A stretch of 32,000 nucleotides of DNA from Horticoccus luteus (GTDB lineage Bacteria; Verrucomicrobiota; Verrucomicrobiia; Opitutales; Opitutaceae), in the NCBI RefSeq assembly GCF_019464535.1, contig NZ_CP080507.1:90001-122000 (forward strand). Reading direction: 5' to 3'. The position numbers were made by a program, and so were the translations under genes. The stretch's first letter is position 1, and every line of letters starts with the position of its first letter. A model generated the notes under the pieces. That model was not told the DNA's origin and ran no database searches. It saw nothing but the letters and a program-made list of their open reading frames with translations. Positions 8,759 to 15,383 of this stretch are shown piece by piece.

Positions 8759-8785
8759 ATGCGGGGTGAGGGCACCCCACCCACA
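8759..8785 (+). repeat. REP-like hairpin repeat, copy a (variant with CACCCCAC right arm)
   Basis: ATGCGGGGTGAGGGCACCCCACCCACA lies in the moaA-GH2 intergenic region. Confidence 0.8.
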
Positions 8786-9035
8786 GGAGGAAGGAGCGTG
8801 GCGAACGCAGAACGTCTTTCGATGAGGGCGACAGCGCGTGGTGAAAGAGAACGCGGGGCGGGAGGTGTGGGCGCCTCGCCGACAGCCGACAAGGCGCGGT
8901 GGGTGGCCTGTGACGTTGCCGTCGGCTTCGCGACACGCGCGGTGCCCTTGGTCGGAGGAATTTTCGTTGCGGCGGGTCGACGGCGCGGCGAAGTGGGCGG
9001 GGACATTATTTGGTCACGTTTCCTCTTTTTCTCCC

Positions 9036-10910
9036 ATGGCCACGCGTTCTCTTCCCCGCCCCGAATATCCACGTCCGCAGTTCGTGCGGCGCGACTGGCT
9101 CTGCCTCAATGGCACGTGGCAGTTTGAGATCGACCAGGGCGACAGTGGCCTCGATCGCGGGTTGCGCGAGGGGCCGCTGAAGAGCCGCATCGTGGTGCCG
9201 TTTTGCCCGGAGTCGAAGTTGTCGGGCGTGGAGAACACCGATTATCTCAACGCCGTCTGGTATCGTCGGGAGTTTACCGTGCCGCGCGGGTGGGCGGACC
9301 GGCGCGTGCTGCTACACTTTCAGGCGAGCGACTACGACACGTTTGTGTGGGTGAACGGGCACGAGGTGGGGCGGCACCGCGGCGGCATGACGCCGTTTGC
9401 ATGCGACATCACGGACGCGGCGCCGGCAGGCCGAAAGGCCATCGTCGTGGTGCGGGCGCGCGACAACGCACGCGAATCGATGCCCTCGGGCAAGCAGTCA
9501 TGGGTGCACGGCAACACGGGTTGCCACTACACGCGCACGACCGGAATCTGGCAGACGGTGTGGCTCGAGCCGGTGCCGCGGCGCGCGGCGTTGCAACGAC
9601 CCAAGATCACGCCGGATCTGGCGAACGGGCGCTTCGTGATCGAGCAACCGGTGAGCGGCGCGCAGGCGGGCCTCGTGTTGCGGGCGCGGTTGAGCGATGC
9701 GGCGGCCTTGGTGAGCGAGGCGACATGCCGCTGCGGCGAAGGATTTTATCCGCGGCTGGATCTTCCGGTGCCGGCGGCGCGGCGGCGGCTTTGGTCGCCG
9801 GAGGATCCGTTTCTCTACGACGTCGCGCTCGAGTTGGTGGACGAAGCGAGCGGCGAGATCGTCGATGCGGCGCAGAGCTACGCGGGGTTGCGCAGTGTGT
9901 CGATTGATGGCTACGCGGTGAAGCTCAACGGCCGCGCGGTGTTTCAACGGCTCGTGCTCGACCAAGGGTATTACCCGGACGGCATTCTCACGGCGCCGAG
10001 CGATCGGGCGCTGGTGCGCGACATCGAGCTCGCCCTCGCCGCGGGATTCAATGGCGCGCGGTTGCACCAGAAAGTGTTCGAGGAGCGGTTTCTTTATCAC
10101 GCGGACCGGCTCGGTTATCTGGTGTGGGGCGAGTTCAGCGACTGGGGACTGGGCGGCTCCGAGCCGGTGCGCGGGTGGCAGCAGCAGAGCGACGGCACGG
10201 TGGTGCGCGGCGGCAACCACAACGGCCAGGAGGCGCCGGTCTCGATCGTGGCGCAGTGGCTCGAGGCGGTGCAGCGCGATTTCAACCATCCGAGCCTCAT
10301 CGGGTGGTGTCCGCTCAACGAGACATCGCGCCGGCCCGATGAACGCATCACGCATCACGACGACATCATGCGCGGGCTCTTTCTCGCGACGAAGCTGGCC
10401 GACAACACGCGGCCGGTGCTCGATACCTCCGGCTACTCGCACACGGTCGCCGAAACCGACATCTACGATTCGCACGATTACGACCAAAACCCGGACACGT
10501 TTCGCGCCCGGCATGAGGCGTTGCTGCGCGACGAGCCCTATGTGGCGGACAACATCTGGACGAAATCGCCGGCGGCGTGGCCGCGGGGCACGCCGTATTT
10601 CGTGAGTGAGTTTGGCGGCATCTGGTGGAATCCGCGGGCGCGCCCGGGCGATCCCTCGTGGGGCTATGGCGACCGGCCGAAAACCCTGGAGGCGTTTTAT
10701 ACGCGCTTCGAGGGGTTGTGCGCGGCGCTGCTCGAGAACCCGCGGATGCTGGGCTATTGCTACACGCAGTTGACGGACGTTTATCAGGAGCAGAACGGCA
10801 TCTACTTTTTCGATCGCAAAAAGAAATACGACCTAGGGCGGGTGCGTGCCGCGCAACAACGGATCGCCGCGGTGGAGCGCGCGCCGGGCGGGGCGGTGAA
10901 AGGAAGATGA
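9036..10910 (+). CDS. Glycoside hydrolase family 2 protein (beta-galactosidase/glucuronidase-like), no signal peptide
   Basis: The GH2 sugar-binding domain signature NAVWYRREFTVP...LLHFQASDYDTFVWVNGHEVGRHRGGMTPFACDIT is present, followed by TGIWQTVWLEPVP and a TIM barrel with NHPSLIGWCPLNE. ATG at 9036 (MATRSLPRPEYPRPQF) is preferred over the upstream ORF extension. Confidence 0.85.
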   Translation: MATRSLPRPEYPRPQFVRRDWLCLNGTWQFEIDQGDSGLDRGLREGPLKSRIVVPFCPESKLSGVENTDYLNAVWYRREFTVPRGWADRRVLLHFQASDYDTFVWVNGHEVGRHRGGMTPFACDITDAAPAGRKAIVVVRARDNARESMPSGKQSWVHGNTGCHYTRTTGIWQTVWLEPVPRRAALQRPKITPDLANGRFVIEQPVSGAQAGLVLRARLSDAAALVSEATCRCGEGFYPRLDLPVPAARRRLWSPEDPFLYDVALELVDEASGEIVDAAQSYAGLRSVSIDGYAVKLNGRAVFQRLVLDQGYYPDGILTAPSDRALVRDIELALAAGFNGARLHQKVFEERFLYHADRLGYLVWGEFSDWGLGGSEPVRGWQQQSDGTVVRGGNHNGQEAPVSIVAQWLEAVQRDFNHPSLIGWCPLNETSRRPDERITHHDDIMRGLFLATKLADNTRPVLDTSGYSHTVAETDIYDSHDYDQNPDTFRARHEALLRDEPYVADNIWTKSPAAWPRGTPYFVSEFGGIWWNPRARPGDPSWGYGDRPKTLEAFYTRFEGLCAALLENPRMLGYCYTQLTDVYQEQNGIYFFDRKKKYDLGRVRAAQQRIAAVERAPGGAVKGR

Positions 10911-10936
10911 TGCGGGGTGAGGACACCCCGCCGACA
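10909..10936 (+). repeat. REP-like hairpin repeat, copy b (overlaps the GH2 stop codon)
   Basis: GATGCGGGGTGAGGACACCCCGCCGACA. The TGA stop of the GH2 CDS is 10908-10910. The repeat is followed by the extension AAAAGAGCAAGGCGGGCG. Confidence 0.85.
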
Positions 10937-11004
10937 AAAGAGCAAGGCGGGCGTGTCGGTTGCGCGGGAGACTGATAAGTGCGCCCAAGAGGTGCCGGGA
11001 AAAG

Positions 11005-11034
11005 TGTGGGCGGGGTGCCCTCACCCCGCGGATC
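11005..11034 (-). repeat. REP-like hairpin repeat, copy c (the only inverted copy)
   Basis: The top strand reads TGTGGGCGGGGTGCCCTCACCCCGCGGATC, the reverse complement of the family consensus. It ends 4 nt from the stop of the RAYT-like gene. Confidence 0.85.
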
Positions 11035-11037
11035 GGG

Positions 11038-11496
11038 CTAACGGAAAGCGAGCCGATGAACCTCTCCCTGCCACGGCCAGGTATCGGAATGAGGCACGAG
11101 TGCGGCACGCACGGGATTCGCGCGAACGTAGTCCCATTTGGCGGTGTAGGATTCGGCCGAGCGCAGGAGGTGGTCGAAGGTGTCCGGCTGCCAAAGCGGC
11201 GGGGGAAAGCCCAAGTGAACGGCAAGCTGACGCGACGAAACGGATTTCCACATTTTCAGCCACGCTTCTCGGAGACGCGCGCCGTGAGTGGCCGGCTGGG
11301 CAAAAAGGTGGACGTGATCGGGCATGAGCATGAATCGTCCGACAAACCAGCCGTCACGTTCGGCTGAGGTCGTCCAAAGATTGAGCAGGACGCCGAAGGC
11401 TTCGGCGTTGGCGAGCAGCGGACGACGGTTGGCCGTGCAAGCGGTGAAAAAGTAAAGAGGCGGATGCGCGAGCGGGGTGACGTGGGGCAGGCGCAT
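11038..11496 (-). CDS. rayT: REP-associated tyrosine transposase-like protein (IS200/IS605 Y1 HUH family)
   Basis: PLYFFTACTANRRPLL forms the N-terminal strand. The HUH motif is MPDHVHLF and the catalytic Tyr motif is WDYVRANPVRAAL. Size of about 152 aa fits the family. I start at ATG 11496, because the ORF-track start at 11535 lies inside REP copy d. Confidence 0.8.
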   Translation of the reverse strand: MRLPHVTPLAHPPLYFFTACTANRRPLLANAEAFGVLLNLWTTSAERDGWFVGRFMLMPDHVHLFAQPATHGARLREAWLKMWKSVSSRQLAVHLGFPPPLWQPDTFDHLLRSAESYTAKWDYVRANPVRAALVPHSDTWPWQGEVHRLAFR

Positions 11497-11517
11497 GACT
11501 GAGAGCGGATGGGCAAG

Positions 11518-11545
11518 GATGCGGGGTGAGGGCACCCCGCCTACA
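11518..11545 (+). repeat. REP-like hairpin repeat, copy d
   Basis: GATGCGGGGTGAGGGCACCCCGCCTACA lies 22 nt upstream of the RAYT ATG. It is followed by AAAAAAGGAGGGCGGGCG. Confidence 0.85.
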
Positions 11546-11583
11546 AAAAAGGAGGGCGGGCGTTAGGTTTGCGCAGCGAGCAG

Positions 11584-11618
11584 CGGTGCACCCCGCCGAC
11601 AAAAGAGCAAGGCGGGCG
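11584..11618 (+). repeat. Half REP (right arm only) plus extension, copy e
   Basis: GCGGTGCACCCCGCCGACAAAAGAGCAAGGCGGGCG. The left arm is degenerate. The right arm plus extension is identical to copy b. Confidence 0.65.
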
Positions 11619-11632
11619 CAGGCGGGATGTCG

Positions 11633-12829
11633 TTAGGGTTGCGCGGCGAACCAGCGTTGGGCGGCGGGGGTGGGGGCAGGGATTTTTTTCGGCAGGCCGC
11701 CGTGGCGGAGCGAGTCCGTGGCGGCGCAGCCGGCGGCGACGGATTCGCGCGCGGCGAGCGGTGAGGTGTCCGTCGCGCCGCCGTCGCGGGCGAAGCGGAC
11801 GAATTCATCGATGAGTTTCGGATCGGCGCCGCCATGCGTGCCGCGCGCGACGGGGATGCGGTGCGTGGCGTCGGCGCGCGCGGGGTAGCCTTGGTGGCGT
11901 TGCGTCCACACGCGGACTTCGGTGCCCCGTTCGCCGTTGCCGAAATTTTCCAGGCGGCCGGCGGTGCCGATCACCGTGTAGTTGCGCCAGTAATCCGGCG
12001 TGAACATGCACTGCGCGTAGGTGGCGAACACGCCGTTTTCGAGGCGCATCTGCATGGTGCTGATGTCTTCGACGTCGATGTGCGCGTTGAGCCGGCGGTT
12101 TTTGGTCGGGGGGAAACGCGTGTAGTCGATGTCGGCCTGCGTGAGGCGGCGCGGGCCGCGAGTCGCGGGGAGGCGGCCCGGGAGATCCGCGGCGAGGGTG
12201 AGGCCACCGAGGGCGTTGACGAGCCGGCTGTAGCCGCCGCAGAGCCAGTGGATGATGTCGATATCGTGCGCGGCTTTTTGGAGGAGGAGGCCGTTGACGT
12301 AAAGGCGCTCGGCGTGCCAGTCGCGGTAGTAGAAGTCGATGCCGTGGCCGACGAAGTGGCGCACCCAGCAGGCTTTCACTTCGCCGATCGCGCCGTCGTC
12401 GATGAGCGCCTTCATTTTGCGCACGAAGGGCATGTGCCGCATGTTGTGGCCGACGTAGAGGCGGGCGCGGTGTTGTTGCGCGGCGCGGAGGATGCGGTCG
12501 CAGCCGGCGAGGGTGAGCGCCATGGGCTTTTCGAGAAAGACAGCGAGCCCGCGGGCGAGCGCGGCGAGGGCGTGCTCTTCGTGCAGGAAGTCGGGCGTGG
12601 CTATGATGACGGCGTCGAGGTCGCGGCCGAGAAGGTCGCGGTAATCGGAGGTCGTGAAAATATCCGCGCCGAAGTCGGTGCGGTTTTGCGCGAGCGCGGC
12701 GGGGTTGGAATCGCAGCAGGCGACGACGCGCGCGCCGCGACCGGGGCGATGCGCGAGGCGGCCGAGATGGCCGCCGCGGCCGCCGGAGCCGATCTGGCCA
12801 ATGAGAAGGTCGTCGGAAGTTTTCTTCAT
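11633..12829 (-). CDS. Gfo/Idh/MocA family oxidoreductase
   Basis: ATG at 12829 gives MKKTSDDLLIGQIGSGGRGG (Rossmann GxGxxG). ACCDSNP...DAVIIATPDFLHEEHALAALARGLAVFLEKPMA is the family signature (EKP). Confidence 0.88.
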   Translation of the reverse strand: MKKTSDDLLIGQIGSGGRGGHLGRLAHRPGRGARVVACCDSNPAALAQNRTDFGADIFTTSDYRDLLGRDLDAVIIATPDFLHEEHALAALARGLAVFLEKPMALTLAGCDRILRAAQQHRARLYVGHNMRHMPFVRKMKALIDDGAIGEVKACWVRHFVGHGIDFYYRDWHAERLYVNGLLLQKAAHDIDIIHWLCGGYSRLVNALGGLTLAADLPGRLPATRGPRRLTQADIDYTRFPPTKNRRLNAHIDVEDISTMQMRLENGVFATYAQCMFTPDYWRNYTVIGTAGRLENFGNGERGTEVRVWTQRHQGYPARADATHRIPVARGTHGGADPKLIDEFVRFARDGGATDTSPLAARESVAAGCAATDSLRHGGLPKKIPAPTPAAQRWFAAQP

Positions 12830-12986
12830 GATGAGGCGAGGGAAGCGGGTATGGTTGGCACCGTGGCAGACGCGGCGAGCGGAAAGGGCGGCGGCGAGGG
12901 CGTTGGCGTTGGGGGCGAAGGGGGACGGGCGGGCATGGTGACGAACGGCCGGGCGGCGGAGCGCAGGGCCCGCCGAAGAACAACGT

Positions 12987-13760
12987 TTACGCGGCGGTGG
13001 GGCGGTGGCGGCGGCGGTAGTCGAGGGGTTTGAGGCCGCGGGAGCGCGCGGCGAAGGCGGCGTAAAACGGCGCGGCGGAGGAGAAACCACTCTCCATCGC
13101 GATATCGAGGACCTTGAGATCGCTGGTGATGAGGAGACGTTGTGCGTGCGAGATGCGGAGTTGGGTGAGATATTCCCAGACGCTGACGCGGCAGTGCTTT
13201 TTGAAGACGCGCATCAGGTATTTCGGGTGGAGTCCAACCGCCTCGGCGATGGTGGGGACCGCGAGAGGCTCGCGGTAATGTTCGGCCATGAATTGCGTGA
13301 TCCGTTCGATTTGGCCGCTGCCGGCGGCGTCGGCGCCGGGGAGGTGGCGGCGGCCGCGGCGGGTGGGTTGTTCGAGCGCGAGCCGGTGCAGGCGGGCCTC
13401 GAGTTCGAGCAGGAGCACGCGGCGGCGCGCGGGGGTGCCGCTGTCGAAGTCGCCGACCCAGCGCTCGAGCTGGGCGCGTTCGCCGGCGGCGGGTTGGCCA
13501 AGGATGATCTGGCCGCTGAGCAGGCGATGCGCGAAATCGCCGGGCAGATTCCATTGCAAGAACCACGGCAACGGGAGCGTGATCCACACGCCTTCCCCGA
13601 TGATGCCGGGCGGCACGGTCTGGTGCGGCACGCCCGCCCAGAGCACGGCAAAACGGTTCGCCGGAATCGTCGCCACGGCGCCGCTGTGAAAGTAGGTGAC
13701 GGTGCCGTCGTCGAAGAGAAAGTTGATCTCCACGTCGGGGTGGGTGTGGGGCAAAGCCAT
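12987..13760 (-). CDS. AraC family transcriptional regulator (cupin N-domain plus HTH_18 C-domain)
   Basis: The C-terminus has a dual HTH (IAEAVGLHPKYLMRVFKK...YLTQLRISHAQRLLITSDLKVLDIAMESGFSSAAPFYAAF). The N-terminus is a cupin (LPHTHPDVEINF...WAGVPH). The start is uncertain. ATG 13760 is chosen, GTG 13778 is possible, and the ORF-track ATG at 13940 would translate through REP copy f. Confidence 0.85.
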   Translation of the reverse strand: MALPHTHPDVEINFLFDDGTVTYFHSGAVATIPANRFAVLWAGVPHQTVPPGIIGEGVWITLPLPWFLQWNLPGDFAHRLLSGQIILGQPAAGERAQLERWVGDFDSGTPARRRVLLLELEARLHRLALEQPTRRGRRHLPGADAAGSGQIERITQFMAEHYREPLAVPTIAEAVGLHPKYLMRVFKKHCRVSVWEYLTQLRISHAQRLLITSDLKVLDIAMESGFSSAAPFYAAFAARSRGLKPLDYRRRHRPTAA

Positions 13761-13868
13761 GCGGCCGGCGCCGTGCACGCGCCAGACGCGGAAACCGAGC
13801 GTTTTCTGATGGCGGGCAGGGGCGGAGCGAGCGGTGGTGCGGGTGGCGTCTGGTTTGCGCGCGACGGA

Positions 13869-13896
13869 GATGCGGGGTGAGGTCACCCCGCCCACA
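13869..13896 (+). repeat. REP-like hairpin repeat, copy f
   Basis: GATGCGGGGTGAGGTCACCCCGCCCACA lies in the divergent AraC / dioxygenase intergenic region. Confidence 0.85.
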
Positions 13897-13967
13897 GGGG
13901 AAGAGGGCGAAGGAGAGCGGGAGGGAGACGGGCGGGGCATGGAGTAACTATTCGAGATAAAAAGCGG

Positions 13968-13994
13968 GTTTTACGGGAAGAGTTTTCGGAATAG
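13968..13994 (+). promoter_or_regulatory. Candidate AraC-type operator (two adjacent direct half-sites)
   Basis: GTTTTACGGGAAG (13968-13980) and GTTTTCGGAATAG (13982-13994) lie in an unusually AT-rich patch just upstream of the dioxygenase ATG at 14013. Confidence 0.3.
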
Positions 13995-14012
13995 GCACGT
14001 TATGGTCAACTC

Positions 14013-14927
14013 ATGGCTGAGCTTCGTTATCATCCCCACAACACCCTGCCTCCGAAGATCGAACATCCGGAGGCGAAGATTCCCAGTGAACTCGACGAGT
14101 ATCTTTTTGATCTCAACGGGTTCGTGATTCTCCGCGGCGCCTTGTCGCCGGAGGAAGTCGCGGACGCCAATGCCCGCATCGATCAGATACCGCGCTCGCT
14201 GCCGCGCGCGGGCTGGCATGGCTGGGTGCAGCGGGAGGATCATCCGGAGCACCGCGGCATCAGTTACCAGCAGGTTTACGAGCTGGGCGGCACGTTTGAG
14301 CGGATGATCGACCATCCGAGCTGGATCAATTACGTGCAGCGGTTTGTGGGCGGGCAGGACACGTTCGACTACCATCACGGGCCGCTGTTCATCGACGAGA
14401 ATTTCTACACGATCCGCGGACCGGGCGAAGCGATTCCGTTGCACGCGGGTGGGCACGACAGCTGCAAGCGGATGAGTTTCCACTATCACAACGGACGGTT
14501 TCAGTGCTCACAGATCAACGTGCTGACGGCGTTCACGGATATCGGGCCGGGCGACGGGGCGACGATGGTCATTCCTGGGTCGCACAAATCGAACGTCATC
14601 CACCCGGAGTTTCTGAAGAAGCGCGACAAGAACGAATGGGGTGATGGCGGTGGCGGCTCGGTCGACGGCGTGGCCGGCGCGATCGAGGTGCACATGAAAG
14701 CGGGCGATGCGCTCGTGTTCGTGGATGCGACCTGCCACGGGTCGGCGAAGCGCGTGAACCCGGGCGAGCGCAAGATCAGCGTGTATCGCTACGGCTCCTC
14801 GTGGAACCGGACGCGCTGGGGCTATCACGCATCGCCCGAGTTGCTCGCGCGGCTCAACCCGTTTGCGCGGAAGCTCGTGCATCCGCAGGACTACGTGCGG
14901 CCGCCGGGGACACCCGCGCGCTGGTAA
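14013..14927 (+). CDS. Phytanoyl-CoA dioxygenase (PhyH) family Fe(II)/2-oxoglutarate oxygenase
   Basis: LFDLNGFVILRGALSPEEV is a PhyH-type N-terminus. The H-x-D facial triad is in IPLHAGGHD, followed by MVIPGSHKS and a distal His in ATCHGS. Confidence 0.8.
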   Translation: MAELRYHPHNTLPPKIEHPEAKIPSELDEYLFDLNGFVILRGALSPEEVADANARIDQIPRSLPRAGWHGWVQREDHPEHRGISYQQVYELGGTFERMIDHPSWINYVQRFVGGQDTFDYHHGPLFIDENFYTIRGPGEAIPLHAGGHDSCKRMSFHYHNGRFQCSQINVLTAFTDIGPGDGATMVIPGSHKSNVIHPEFLKKRDKNEWGDGGGGSVDGVAGAIEVHMKAGDALVFVDATCHGSAKRVNPGERKISVYRYGSSWNRTRWGYHASPELLARLNPFARKLVHPQDYVRPPGTPARW

Positions 14928-14960
14928 GGCGCGGCGCGCGCGTGAGGTTGGATTTTGCGA

Positions 14961-14991
14961 GGGCGGACCGAGAGTGGTCCGTCCTTTTTTG
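14961..14991 (+). terminator. Rho-independent terminator
   Basis: GGGCGGACC / GGTCCGTCC stem (one G-U pair), loop GAGAGT, then TTTTTTGT. Confidence 0.8.
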
Positions 14992-15383
14992 TCGGTGCGC
15001 AGGAAGGGGCCGATCGAGGGTCGAGCGACCGGCTGACCAGTCGGCGGCGCGCTCCGCGCGCGGCTCGGGCGTGGCGTCACTCGGCAAACCACCGCGCGCG
15101 GAACGCACGGTCCACTGGGCGACGGAGAGGGTCTGACAATCGCCCGCGATTGACGCGGATTTACGCGACTGGCGGGGCAGATGTGGCGAGCCGAGGCTGC
15201 GGCGCTCGGCCTGCGTGATCCGAAAACTCCCGGCGAGACGTCGAGAGTCGCACGCGCGAACGCGTGAGCTCCCCGGGCGACGGAGGCGACCCCGGCAGTT
15301 TCCCCCGAGTCTGCGCTGGAAATGCCGCAGTCTTCCGTTGCGTTCGTGAAGGTGAAACGTAGAACCCGCGTTTTCACCTGCGC

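Larger units (their letters stand above)
10909..11618 (-). mobile_element. REP-RAYT unit (transposase gene with flanking REP copies b, c, d, e)
   Basis: The Y1 transposase gene is flanked by four copies of the window-wide hairpin repeat. The outermost copies carry an identical 30-mer, CACCCCGCCGACAAAAGAGCAAGGCGGGCG, at 10924-10953 and 11589-11618. Confidence 0.7.
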
